Translations under genes and position numbers: made by a program | Notes under the pieces: generated by a model | What the model was told of the DNA's origin: nothing | Database searches by the model: none | The model's input: the letters and a program-made list of their open reading frames with translations, nothing else | Source: the human T2T-CHM13v2.0 reference genome, Homo sapiens | Reading direction: 5' to 3' (one strand) | Assembly (NCBI RefSeq): GCF_009914755.1 | Contig: NC_060936.1 | Length of the DNA: 64,000 nucleotides | Shown: positions 25,640-38,924 of the stretch, piece by piece | How the letters are laid out: the number at the start of each line of letters is the position of its first letter | Numbering within the stretch: position 1 is the stretch's first letter

Positions 25640-26310
25640 TGTAGCTCTAAATTACTGTCAAAACTATTTCTTCCATCTCATCCTTTTGCATTTCATTATT
25701 CAGTCCTTTATCATTTCTTACTTGAGCTGTGTCAATAGAATGAGAATTAATTTCCCTGGCAGTTTCTCCCAGTTCCTCTCTGCCTTAGCACTTTAAAATT
25801 CTTTTTGAGAAATACTTATTGATTAGGTAATGATAATGATGAAAACCCAATCTAAGGATATTTTCCTTTTACCTACAAGATAAAGTTCAGATTCCTTAAA
25901 GTAGCATTTACAGCACACAGCAAACAAGTCCTCCACCCACTTTCCAGAATTTTGTCCCTCCCCTTTCTTCCTAGGCAGCCTCCACTTCTAGGCTCCATAA
26001 CCACAGAATTATTTCCCAGGCCTAGAACACACCTTTGGATTTTATGCCTTGTTCCTTCTGCCTGGAATATCCTTTCCCACCTTCTCTATTGCAACATCCC
26101 TGTGGAGCCTTCCCTTCCTCATCCTCTGCCCCCACTCTGGGCAGATTTACTTGCTTCTCAGTCCTCAAGTCCATTATTATTTGAACAGACCTTAAATCTA
26201 CAATTGCCACTATATCACATTTATTTGTGTCTCTCCCCCACATTTGATTCTATATGCCTGAAAAGCAGAAATCTTACCCTATTCACCTCTGTACCTACAG
26301 TAGCTGGCAT
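25640..26310 (+). mobile_element. L2 fragment
   Basis: cctacaagataaagttcagattcctta...ccttgttccttctgcctggaat...attcacctctgtacc. Confidence 0.65.
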
Positions 26311-29300
26311 TAGAGCTACAGAGATTTGCAATGGCAGCCAAGCTCCTCAGAAAGTTCAACTAGTGATTTCCTCATTAGGTTCTCTAGGGAACTACCAATA
26401 TGCTACCTCTGCCTTTAAAAAATCTATTAGGTCAAGAAAAACAGTTTATTAATTTCAGGACTTGTCAGAGCCTTCAACTTTCTAATATTCAAGGAGGTGA
26501 TATATAGCAATTCTGAAATGAATATAATCTCAGAACATATTTTTGAATGACATATTCAGGACTGGTGTTACAGAACACACATACGCACTTACAGAAGCAC
26601 TGTTCTAGACAAACTCTCACTCTTACACCTGAGAAAAGAGCAGCATAGGCAGATTGAGTAGCCCAAGTTCACAAAACTGGTTAGATCTCCTTCTAGAAAC
26701 AAGGTCACAGGATTATCAGATCAGTATTCTGTCTACTGGCGTCAACAATCTCTTGAGTTCTGTAGTATGAGAATGAGTCATTTACTCATTACTCATTTAA
26801 CGTGTCTTAGATATTGAGAAATTTTCATATAACAGATATTTTAACAGTGGTGGGAGGTTGCAGGGGTTGGAGATTGTCAGTAATAAATCTTAGACCCTGT
26901 GAAAGACCGGGCCAGTAAGGAAAGAAATGGAGAGTGAAATATTATAAGAAGAAATGACAATCGAGGGAAAGAACAGAGGGAAAGTCTAAGTAAATTTAGA
27001 TAAAGTTTTTCTAATGTTGCCATCATGCCAATTACTATTCATTGCAGCAAATGCACAGAGTAAGGCAGGATAATGATTCCAATTTGATTAATTGTGAAAA
27101 GTCTCCATGAGGCAGTCATCAGTGAACTAGATTTTGATAGCAGTATGGGAACCCATGCAGGGGAAAGAAAGAGAGAGAGAGATTCCTTATGCTCAGGGCA
27201 GAGGAAAGTGCATGAGTAGTACCATCAAATACCCCACAGAAAATATGGCATTTTCTCTAAGTCATCAGGCAAACCAGGCCTACGTTTGGGACTTGGACCA
27301 GAAATTAAGCATAGATAGTTCATATTTTCATCATGATATCATCTTCTCCTCCATAAGATAATATTCAAAAATTTATTCAACTGATGTATTGAATCCTTAC
27401 CATATTCCAGGAATGAGACTAAGTGCTGGAAACATAGTAATTTATGAAACAAGATAAAAATCCCTGCCTTCCTAGGCCTTACACCATGGTGAAAAGGTAA
27501 CTTCTTTGCCTTTTTGTTTCCAACATCTCGTTACCCGATATATTTGTCCATGGAATAGACAGTAAAAAAGCAATTCATGTGTGGTAGAGAAAAGATTATT
27601 TTTTTCTCTTGTCTTTTATACTCTCCCATTATCACTGTCCCTCTATACTATTTGTTTTTCATGACGTTGTTAATAATCAATTCATGTTCTCAAAGGCTAA
27701 CAGCAGCAATAAAAACATAATGTTGAGATTTCTCTTCCTTATGACTGTACTGAGGGGTGTGTATGTAAGGACATGAGATCATACACTCTGAACAATTTGA
27801 GTGAAGAGATTCTGGTGCTTTTAGCATGTCTCATTTTGAAAAACCTTTTTTATTTTTGGAAAGTTGGAGTTCTCACTTAGGGGTTTTATGGTCTCTTTTA
27901 CAGGAGCAGAGCCTTGGCTCTTGTGTTCTAGTCCCATTCTAGCCTTCCTGAGACCAATATTCTTCTTCTGCTTTCATGTGATCCCAATGCTCTGTTTCCT
28001 ACCCTCTGTGCTTATGGAGCCTGGCTCATAAAAACCTTTCATGTATTCCCACTGGAAATGCACCAGATAGGAAGCATCCGGTATGGGAAAGATGCCTCTC
28101 CTCTCTTTGCAGGACATTTTAAAGCAACTGTCTCTACTTGAGAGTATTAATTCCAGCTCAGAACTAAAGTAGGGGTTAGAATTGTCATTGTGAAGTAGCA
28201 ATACAGTGTTTACAGAAAATGGATACCCAGTATTCAACATTCTTCCTCTTCTATAGATACTTTATTCTAAAATATTAATGACTTGCACCTGGACATAAAT
28301 TTACCATATAGGACACATAAGGAAAAATATGGAAATGTGTATGAAAGAAACAGACTTTAGCTCACCAAAATATGTGTGTATAAGGAAAATTGAGGCAAAA
28401 TGGTGCAGTGATTAAAAATGCAGTTTATAACCATGGCAGATTAGAGATGCTGTGGATTCTTATTAAGCCTCACTATGGCATTTATACTCCTTTTACAGCA
28501 GGTTAAGAGACCAGCTGCTGGGTGGGAACCAGGGTCAGGTCCTTGGCTTGGCAGCCCTGAAGCTCCACTTTGCCAGCTTTTCCAGGGGTGATCTGCTTCT
28601 TGGGAAAGATTCACCTTAAAAGCTCTCACAGGAGCCAGAATGTCAATTTCCTACTTTATCATGAGAAATGCACCCATCAGACTATCCATCCAGCATAAGA
28701 CAGTAGCTGATCAGAAAACTCTCTCCCTGAAAAAAAAAAAAAAAACAGCACAGAAGCCAGAGCCATACACAGATGGTGTCTTGGGGCATACATTTGGCAA
28801 AGGGGTCAGTGTTGCCAAGATATGATACGCTGACAAGTCTAGAACCACCCCAGGGATCCAACAGTCAAACCTTCCAGAGGAGTTCAGTGGTCTTAGCATC
28901 CTCTCCCTACAATTGCTGTGATACACCACCAAATTCGTTCTTCTTGAGGTTGCCTTCTCTGTACTCCATTCAGTCCCTGCCCCCTCTGTGGCCACATCTA
29001 TCTCCAGATAAGAGTCCATGATAACTGACTAGGTTTCCATTTGCCAGACTGTAAATACAATTCAGTCCTGCTTCCAAGGTCACATTTTAATTGCATTTTA
29101 GATACTTCTAAAATTCTTCACTCACACAAAATTGATCACTTGGTTCATGCCTATAGATTTTACTAGTTGATTTGTCAGAAGTCGATCTTATTTTTCTTCT
29201 CTCTAAACCAGGACTCGTGCCAATGCACAGGCTGCAATACTCAACAAGAAAACGGAGAATACAAAGCAGGGCTTTGTAATCAACCACGTCAGGATCATTG

Positions 29301-30859
29301 AACAGCCTATTTTTGTGCTTTATTATTTGCCTGGTTGTTTGCTTTTTGGGTTTAAAGTTTAAATGCTGGCCTGCTTTCTCTGAGTTCTCTCTGAATCAGT
29401 TCTTTGTTTGCCAAGTTCACAAGGTACACATTAACTATTAAACATGATTAGGTTCTAATCTGGCTTAACACTACCTAACAGTGGTTAAGAGGTAGGAAGG
29501 TGAGTGGAACCCACCAATACAGAAGAAAAAAAAATAGACTAGGGTGGCGATATTAAACACTTGTATGAGACACCAGCTTCTCAAACTGCAGGAGCCAACA
29601 AAATATTACACTGAATTTAACACAGCCTTGTCCCATGACTGGTCAGAAATAGACACTTTACTCAAAATGCTAATTAGGATCTCACAAGTGACTAATTCCG
29701 AATTACAAACATTTATTCAGTCTCACACAGTGGGTATGTATTGCATGGCTATCCTAGTTCCCAAGGAAAAATAAAATAACAGGAAATCATTGTTAAGAGG
29801 TCATTTATGAGGAAATCCCAAACCTCCATTTCACACCTTTGTAAGAAGCAACAAAATATCCCAAATAAGCTCAGGTAGAAAATAACTCAATCTCTGGTTT
29901 GAAGGAATTTCTCTGTAGCCACAAAGAGGGATATTTTAGGTTTTTCTTGAGTACTTGGAAGACCTGATTTGCCCTTAATGTGAGAAGAAAATGGAAGATA
30001 TGGATATCCCAGGAAACCTGTGGCTGAATGCCTGAACCATGGTTCCCTAAAAGAGAGAGCAATGGCCTGACTCCATTTTCCTCCACTGTTGTCCCAGATG
30101 AATGGACCATCCCAATTTTAATCATATCAAATAAAAGTGCATGTCTTTAAACATACAATATCCAAATGCAGTCTTTCCGGAATTCAAGGATGGAATACAC
30201 CATTCCTCTGAGAATTCTCTTTTGGTTCGTTTCTCCATTTATGATCAGGCATTAAAGAGTCCCTCCTAGTAATTATTTACTTATTAATATCCTGGTTGAT
30301 TCAGAAATTGCCTCACCCACAAAGCCCAAACATGTGAGAAAGTCAGATTTTTTTTTTATTTTTTTAATTAGGCTAGCCTTGAGGGTTATTCAAGTGCCTT
30401 TAGGTCAAACAAAGCCCAGAGATTGTTTTGCTTTACACGGAGTCACATTGATCTTTTATGTACACGAATCATTCAACCCTCAGAAACTATTCCAAAGGAG
30501 TCCTTACTGGTTTGGAGCGTTTTTCTTAATTATGGAAAAGGCCCAAACTCTTTCTGCATGCTAATTTATTTATATCATATTTCTACTTGAGGCTTCAGAG
30601 AGCCAGGGAATTCCTGTAAGTGCTCCGCTGTCTTTCCTCCTCACTCTTCATGCTTTCTTGAATACATGAGCGTGAATAAGTAGTGTTAAGCCAGAAAGAC
30701 TGCCCTAGCCAAGACCCCTCAAGAAGGAATGTGCAAATCTGGGAACACGTTCCAGAATTTCTTGCTACCAGCACAGAGCCTGATGTATAAGAAGTATCAG
30801 CCAGAAATTTCAAGTTTCTCAAGAATCACTGTATTCTCAACCAATCTCCTAAGGAGCTC

Positions 30860-32935
30860 TCTGAGAAGGAAATAGTTCATAAAGCAATTCTCTGTGCAGT
30901 AAAAGATTACGTCACTCCCTACCTTTGAACCCTCTAATGGATTCCCATCACAATTAGAATAAAATCCAAAGCCACACAAGATGAGCCCTTGGCTGACTCA
31001 TCAACCTCATTTTCCCCTGTTCTCTCCCTTACTCATGCTGCTGCAGCCACAGTGGACACCTTGCTGCTCCTTGGACTTGCCAAGCGTATTCCTAACTTAG
31101 GGGCTTCCCATTTCCTCTGTCTTCCCCACCAAATCCTCTTGTGTCTAGAATTGGTGGGTTCTTGGTCTCACTGACTTCAAGAATGAAGCCGCCGACCCTC
31201 GCGGTGAGTGTTACAGTTCTTAAAGGCAGCATGTCCAGAGTTTGTTCCTTCTGATGTTCGGATGTGTTCTGAGTTTCTTCCCTCTGGTGGGTTCGTGGTC
31301 TTGCTGGCTCAGGTGTGAAGCTGCAGACCTTCGCCATGAGTTTTACAGCTCTTAAGGCGGCGCCTCTGGAGTTGTTCATTCCTCCTGGTGGGTTCGTGGT
31401 CTCGATGGCTTCAGGAGTGAAGCTGCAGACCTTCATGGTGAGTCTTACAGCTCATAAAGGCAGTGTGGACCCAAAGAGTGAACAGTATCAAGATTTATCG
31501 CAAACAGCTAAAGAACAAAGCTTCCTGGGGCGGCCTGCTTTTGTTCCCTTATCTGGCTCCACCCACATCCTGCTGATGGGTCCACTTTACAGAGAGCTGA
31601 TTGGTCCGCTTTGACAGGGTGCTGATTGGTGCATTTACAAACCTTGAGCTACACACAAAAGTTCTCCAAGTCCCCACTAGATTCGCTAGACACAGAGCAC
31701 TGATTGGTGCATTTACAAACCCTGAGCTAGACACAGAGTGCTGATTGGTGCATTCACAATCCCTTAACTAGACATAAAGGTTCTCCAAGTCCCCACCAGA
31801 TCAGCTAGACACAGAGCGCAGATTGGTGCATTTATAAACCTTGAACTAGACACAGGGTGCTGATTGATGTATTTACAATCCCTTAGCTAAACATAAAGGT
31901 TCTCCAAGTCCCCCAGATCAGCTAGACACAGAGCGCTGATTGGTGTATCCATAAACCCTGAGCTAGACACAGGGTGCTGATTGGTGTGTTTACAAACCTT
32001 GAGCTAGATACAGAGTGCTGATCGGTGTATTTACACTCCCTTAGCTAGCCATAAAGGTTCTCCAAGTCCCCACTAGACTCAGGAGCCCAGCTGGCTTCAC
32101 CCAGTGGATCCCACACCGGAGCCGCAGGTGGAGCTGCCTGCCAGTCCCGTGCCGTGCGCCTGCACTCCTCAGCCCTTGGGCGGTCGATGGGACCAGGCGC
32201 CTTGGAGAAGGGGGCGGCACTCGTCGGGGAGTCTCTGGCAGCCAGCGCAGGAGCCCACGGCGGGGGGACGCGGGGAGGCTCAGGCATGGCGGGCTGCAGG
32301 TCCCGAGCCCTGCCCCACGGAAGGCATCTAAGGCCCGGTGAGAAATTGAGCGCAGCGCCGGTTTGCCCGCACTGCTGGGGGACCCGGCGCACCCTCTGCA
32401 GCTGCTGGCCCGGGTGCAAAGCCCCTCACTGCCAGGGGCCGGCGGGGCCGGCCCGGCCACTCCGAGTGTGGGGCCCACCAAGCCCACACCCATCCGGAAC
32501 TCTTGCTGGCCCGCAAGCACTGCGCAGCCCTGGTTCTCGCCCGCGCCTCTCCCGCCACACCTCCCCGCAGGCTGAGGGAGCCGGCTTTGGCCTCGGCCAT
32601 CCCAGGAAGGGGCTCCCACAGTGCAGCGGCGGGCTGAAGGGCTCCTCAAGCGCGGCCAGAATGGGCGCCCGAAGCTGAGGAGGCGTCCAGAGCAAGCGAG
32701 GGCTGCGAGGGCTGCCAGCATGCTGTCACCTCTCACTCTTAGTTTGAAGAGCTAAACAGTTCATCCTCTTCATTGTATTTCATATCTCTTTATGTGTTGT
32801 TTCCTTTTCTTCTTTCTTTCTGGAATGTCTACTTCAGAAGGTCAAGGGCACTTTTTGTGTTGTTCACTGCCATATCCCCAAGGCTTGGAATATAGTAAGC
32901 TCTTAATAAATATTTCTTGAATGAATAACTGAATA
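30860..32935 (+). mobile_element. L2 split by LTR12C (pieces ~30860-31139 and ~32740-32935)
   Basis: attagaataaaatccaaag...cttgctgctccttgga on the left; gttcactgccatatcccca...aataaatatttcttgaatgaa on the right. Confidence 0.65.
31140..32735 (-). mobile_element. LTR12C-type solo LTR (HERV9)
   Basis: Minus strand begins tgagaggtgacagcatgctggcagccctcg and ends ccaattctagacaca; ~40-bp CCAAT repeats; CpG-rich 5' part; 4-bp TSD ctct. Confidence 0.93.
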
Positions 32936-33884
32936 ACAAGTTATCTAAATATACTAATTCATTTTTAAATAACAAGAGAGCCCCTGTTTGTGTTCACCAT
33001 TGCATTCCTGCTGCCTAGCAGAATGACTGGCAAATTATAATCATCACTATGTGCTGGGAGATAACGTTGCAAAAGAAAAACAAAGTTCACACGGCTCCTA
33101 CAAGCATTATATTCAACCAACTTGAGATGGCAAACAAATAAATACATAAGTAAATATGCAAAAAAAAAAAAAAAACAGAAAGAGAAGAATGGCAGTATCC
33201 TGTGCTAGAAAGTGAGGAAACTACTTCACATTAGGTGTAACTCTGATAAGGTAACATTTAAGCTAAGTCCTGTCTGATAAGAAGGCATAAGCCGTGCTGA
33301 GATCTATGATGAGAGCATTCCAGACAGACAAAGGCAATAGCACAAAGCCTCTAAGGTGAGCAGATACTGAGTATGCTGGAGAAAGAAGGAGAGCATGTAC
33401 GTAGCATAGTTATGGAGAGCATGGTATGAGATGAGTTTCAGAGAGGAAGTTCTTCAGGCCAGATCCTGTAGAGAGGTGTAAGCCAAGGAAAAGATAATAA
33501 AGTTGATTTAAGTGGTATTGGAGGTGCAGGCAGATTTTAAGCAATGAAGTGACACAACCCAGTGTTCTAGGCAGAAGATGATTGTGAGTGGTCTAGGGTG
33601 AATGTAGTGTAGAGGAAGAGAAGTGAATGGATTCAGGATATGCTTTAGAGGTGAAATCAACAGAGAGTGAGGGAAAGAGAGGAACATGGATACCACCCAA
33701 ATTTTAACTTCAACAACTTGGTTGATAGAAAACTGGGGGAGGAGCATAGGTTCTGTTTTGAATATTTTGGATTCAAGATACCTATTAGATATGCAAGTGA
33801 AGATATCACATGGACAGTTCAATATATGAATATAGAATACAGGGAAAATTTCAGGGCCGGAGATACAGATTTGGGTGTCCTCAC

Positions 33885-35193
33885 TGATAAAAGAAAAACT
33901 TCAGCCAAATTAAACTTAAAGGAGTTTAATTGAGCAATGAAAAATTCACGAATCGGGCAGCCCTCAGAATCATAGCAGATTCACAGAGACTCTTTATATA
34001 CATATATTTTTAAATATATATATACTTTAAGTTCTGGGATACACGTGCAGAATGTGCAGGTTTGTTACATAGGTATACATGTACCATGGTGGCTTGCTGC
34101 ACCCATCAACCCATCATTTACATTAGGTATTTCTCCTAATGCTATCCTTCCCACAGTCCACCCCCCAGCAGGCTCCGGTGTTCCCCTCCATGTGTCCATG
34201 CGTTCTCATTATTCAACTCCCACTTATGAGTGAGAACATGCAGTGTTTGGTTTTCTGTTCCTGTGTTAGTTTGCTAAAAATGATGGTTTCCAGCTTCATC
34301 CATATCCCTGTGAAGGACACGAACTCATCCTTTTTTATGGCTGCATAGTATTCCATGGTGTATAAGGGCCACATTTTCTTTATCCAGTCTATCATTGATG
34401 TACATTTGGGTTGGTTCCAAGTCTTTGCTATTGTGAACAGTGCTGCAATAAAGCACTGTGTGCTGCAATAAAGCACTGCAATAAAGACACATGCATGTGC
34501 ATGTGTCTTTATAGTAGAATTATTTTTAATCCTTTGAGTATATACCCAGTAATGGGATTGCTGGGTCAAATCGTATTTCTGGTTCTAGCTCCTTGAGGAA
34601 TCACCACACTGCCTTCCACAGTGGTTGAACTATTGCACTCCCACCAACAGTGTAAAAGCATTCCTATTTCTCCACATCCTCTCCAGCATCTGTTGTTTCT
34701 TGACTTTTTAATGATCACCATTCTAACAGGCGTGAGATGGTATCTCATTGTGGTTTTGATTTGCATTTCTCTAATGACCAGTGATGATGAACTTTTTTCA
34801 TGTTTGTTGGCTGCATAAATGTCTTCTTTTGAGAAGTGTCTGTTCATATCCTTTGTCCACTTTTTGATGGGGTTGTTTGTGCAGCCTCATGGTGGAAGAA
34901 GATTTATAGACAAAAAAAGGGAAATGATGTATAGAAATTGGAAGTGAGGTACAGAATGGCTGGATTGGTTACAGGTTGCATTTGCCTTATTTGAATATAG
35001 TCTGAACACTCAGCAGTGTATGAATGGTTGAGGTACAGCCGCCGGGATTGGCCAAGACTCAGTTATTGTTATAGGCACATACTCCTAAGTTAGGTTTTCA
35101 GTCTTGTCTACCTATGAAGCTAGGCTGCAGTTAGTCATAAGGATTCAAATATAGAAGTACAGAGTCCTCAGGCCACATTTAGTTCACTTTCAC
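33885..35193 (-). mobile_element. MER57-like ERV1 solo LTR split by L1PA (33885-33991 and 34881-35193)
   Basis: tgataaaagaaaaacttcagcc...cagagactc / gcagcc...gatttatagacaaaa...gttcactttcaca. Confidence 0.75.
33992..34880 (-). mobile_element. L1PA 3' fragment (ORF2 end plus 3'UTR)
   Basis: tactttaagttctgggatacacgtgcag...; ORF 34566..34847 is the L1 ORF2 C-terminus ([16 protein letters not shown]...RCWRGCGE). Confidence 0.9.
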
Positions 35194-36124
35194 ATTACCA
35201 TATAGAAGTTATTTAGAAGCTAAGTACTAGATAAAATTACCTAAGGAGAAGGCATAGATAGATCACATCAGAACCCTGACCCTATCCCTGGAGCATACCA
35301 ATATTTAAATTTGAAGAAAGTGGGAATAAATACATATCACTGAAAAGCAGTTAAGAGGAAAACCATCAGGGTAATGTCCAGGAAGTCAGAAAAAGAATGT
35401 CTCAGAGAGAGTGAGGCAGCTGCCAAGTGCTGCTGAGAAGTCTAGTAAGATGAAAACTCCCAATCCCACTGGTTTTGGCAGCATGGGATTACTGCTGTCT
35501 TTGAGAGAAGACCATCCTTAGTCACATAGTGGAGACAGAGCCCAAATGGAAAAGATTGAAGAAAGAATGAGAGGAATGAAAGTGAAATTATTTATTTTAG
35601 ACAATTATTTCAAGTTTTGTTGTAAAGGGAAGCACTCAATATATGGAAACTAGGATAATATGAGTTTATATAGTTCCACTGTCCACTGGGAATTTCAGAG
35701 GGATGTGAAAATTTGTTCCTGTATAAAATGAATTGATGAGTTTCTTACCCTATGGACAATTAAGATTACAAGGTTGTTCATGTAGAATTAAACTCTTTAT
35801 TAATTATATCAAAGCCTGTAGGAAATCATGAATGCAGATCACAACTAAGTTAATTGTAATATGCAATAGAAAAATAGAAATGTAAAGCTTCTTGGATAAT
35901 AACTTCCTATAGGCTCTCAGATGAAACGCTTTCAAAACCTACAGTAACTCGGAATTGTACCTTACATAATAGTAGTAAGGAACATTATATATCAATTGAA
36001 TTAATAAATCCAATCAAATATTAAAAGTATTGTATGGGAAATCAAGGGAAACCTATGGTGAGAATTTTAATAGCTATATTATGCGATGCTCCAGAAAGAA
36101 TCTTCGGCAACTTAGAAAAAGATA

Positions 36125-36355
36125 CACATAGTTATAATGGTTATCAGTGGCTGGGAAGGTGATTGAGGGGTTGCAGGGAGAGGTGGGGATGGTCAATGGG
36201 AAAAAAAAACAGAAAGAATAAATAGACCTATTATTTGATAGCACAACAGGGAGACTATAGTCGATAATAACTTAATTGTACATTTTAAAGTAACTTGAAG
36301 AATGTAATTGGATTGTTTATAACTCAAAGAGTAAATGCTTGAGGGGGATGGATTC
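36125..36355 (+). mobile_element. L1MA-type 3'UTR fragment
   Basis: tttgatagcacaacagggagactatagtc...aaatgcttgagggggatgga. Confidence 0.75.
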
Positions 36356-37277
36356 AAAAATACATAAATAAACAAGAAAATTTAAAGTGAAAGAATAGAT
36401 GGGGAATAGGTGGAAACAAGACTTCTCACAGTATATGTTTTTATTTCCTTTTAATTTTGAAGTATGCAAATATATTAATTATGAAGAAAATTAAATTTTT
36501 TAAGAGTGCAGTGGTTTGATCCAAAGCTGAAGAGACAGGTTACTGAACAGGTCTTAGCAATCAGGCTGGAGTGGTGTTTTAGGTCTGCTGTGGGTCATAT
36601 CGAATGGAAAACAGTAAGATAGGAGCTCTATGTTGGCTGGGTGGAGGCAAAGCCTAAATAAATAAAGGGAAAGCCAGTGACCAGGGGCCAAATCTAACAT
36701 TTCAGAGAACTTTCAGTATGGGGAAATTGGGCATAATTATTATGATGTGATACAAGCAGGCAGATATATATTCAAGAACACTCTTCTCTGAGGATCCATT
36801 CTAGGACAGGGGCTTTGTTTCATGCTTTGATTTTTTATTTCAAATATTTCTGAGTAAAAAGGCCAATTTGGTGCATGTTAGACTGTTATCCAGAAGGAAA
36901 AAGATCTGGAAAAAAAGTCGGTTCTGCTGAAGCTAGAAGCCAATGTGAACAGCAAAGGGAGAGAGTTAGTTCTTCTTAAGGATCCTTCGGGTTTGAGCCC
37001 CAGCATTTTTCTGTCTTTCCTGAGGTTTAACAGCCAGACACAGGCAGTACTTTGAATGTGGGTGGTCCCTCAATTCCCACCAGGGTAGGTAACTGTTCTC
37101 AATTTTGACGCTGTTTTGCCCAATGTTTTGTTGGCCTTCCTACTGAGTCACTTTTTCCTCTGTTTAATTTATGTGCCATACTAGTATCTTCATATCTTGC
37201 AGGACCTCAGACCCAAGGCTATCAAATTAGATTGATTTGTTTCTCCAAATAACTGAGCATCACCTCCTATCTGTCCT

Positions 37278-38720
37278 ATTTTTTTAATTAATGACTTCAG
37301 TTTTTAGAGCAGTTGCAGGTTTTCAGGAAAATTGGGCAGAAAGAGAGTTCCCATATATTCTCTCCCCCACCTCCCACCACAGTTTCCCCAGTTATTAGCA
37401 TCTTGAATTACTGCGGTACATGTGTTCTTATTAATGAGCTAATATTGATATATTAGTGCTAAATAAAGTTTACATTAAAGTTCATTCTTTGTGTCGTACA
37501 TTCTATGGATACTGACAGCTGTTTAAGACACTTGCCCTCCTTAGAGTATCATACAGTTTCATTGCCCTAAAAATCCCCTGTGCTCCATTGATTCATCCCT
37601 CTCTCTCTCTTCCTTCCACTCCCAACCTCCACCCACTGATCTTTTTATCTGTCTCCACAGTATTGCCTTTTTTTTTTTTTTTTTTTTTTGAGACGGAGTC
37701 TCGCCCTGTTGCCCAGGCTGGAGTGCAATGGAGTAATCTTGGCTTACGGCAACCTCTGCCTCCCGGGTTCAAACAATTCTCTGCCTCAGCCTCTGGAGTA
37801 GCTGGGATTACAGGCACCCGCCACCACGCCCAGCTAATTTTTGTATTTTTAATAGAGATGTGGTTTCACCAGGTTGGCCAGGCTGGTCTCAACTCCTGAA
37901 CTCGTGATCCGCCCGCCTCGGCCTCCCAAAATGCTGGAATTACAGGCATGAGCCACCGTGTCCGGCCCATAGTATTGCCTCTTACAAAATGTCATACAAT
38001 TGGAATCTCATAGTGTATAATTTTTCATATTGGCTTCTTTCACTTAGTAATGTGCCTTTAAGTTTCATCCATGTGTTTTTAGCTCAGGAGTTTATTTTTA
38101 ATGTTGAATAATATCTCATTGTATGGATGCACTGTAATTTGTTTATCCAGTCACATATTGAAGGCTATCTTTGTTATTTCCAAGTTTTGGCCAGTATGAA
38201 TAAAGTTGCTATAAACAGTCATGTGAAGGTTTTTATACAGTCATAGTTTTTAACACATTTAGGTAAATAGCAAATAACACAATTGCTGGATTGTATGTTA
38301 AGACTATGTTTAGTTTTGTAAGAAACTGTCAAACGATCTTCCAAAGTGGTTGCATCCTTTTACATTCCTACCAGCAATAAGTAGGTGTTCTTAATGATCC
38401 ACATCCTTATTGGCATTTGGTATTGTCAGTATTTTTTATTTTAACCATTCTAGTAGTATTTCATTGTTGTTTTAACTCACAATTCCCTAATAATATATGA
38501 TGTTGAACACCTTTTCATATGTTTACTTGTCATCTGTATATCTTCTTTTGTGAGGTGTTTTCAGATCTTTTGTCCAGTTTTTAATTGGATTGTTTGTTTT
38601 ATTCTTTCTGAGTTTCAAGAGTTCTTTGTATATTTTGGAGGCCAGTCCTTTACCAGATAGGTGTTTTTACAAATATTTTATCCTTCTGTGGCTTGTCTTT
38701 TCATTATCTTAATCTAATTT
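37278..38720 (-). mobile_element. L1MC/L1MB 3' region, split by an Alu
   Basis: tttttagagcagtt...gagttcccatat...attgccctaaaaatcccctgtgctcc...aagaaactgtcaaac. Confidence 0.75.
37668..37967 (-). mobile_element. AluS (Sg-like)
   Basis: Poly(T) plus Alu; TSD ca(c/t)agtattgcct. Confidence 0.92.
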
Positions 38721-38924
38721 ATTTTTAATGAGACAAACATCATCTCATGTGAAATCGACACCCAAAAACTGTTTTTCTTGACCAGTTTATTTTCCCATTT
38801 TCCCAGTTTACAGACACATGTTGTTACTTCTGGAACAAGTTTAGCATCATATACACCATTAATACTTTACTGTGCCTTACTGAATTTCTATAATCACTGA
38901 TTCCTTGAACTTTAAGATTTCACT

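Larger units (their letters stand above)
33190..35630 (-). mobile_element. L2 interrupted by MER57 (pieces ~33190-33884 and ~35194-35630)
   Basis: gagcattccagacaga...ggccggagatacagatttgggtgtc, resuming after the LTR. Confidence 0.65.

Noticed and set aside
25952-26452. 166-aa ORF upstream of TSPAN8 (similarly 14536..14982)
   Set aside because: Non-ATG start, overlaps degenerate L2 or old L1-like sequence, and shows no domain or exon structure.
31590-32060. Regularly spaced ~40-bp repeats that look like a CRISPR array
   Set aside because: These are the CCAAT-containing U3 repeats of LTR12; there are no unique spacers or cas genes, and the DNA is human.
32041-32736. Cluster of GC-rich ORFs up to 231 aa and an apparent CpG island
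   Set aside because: Entirely within LTR12C; high GC depletes stop codons. Not a host gene.
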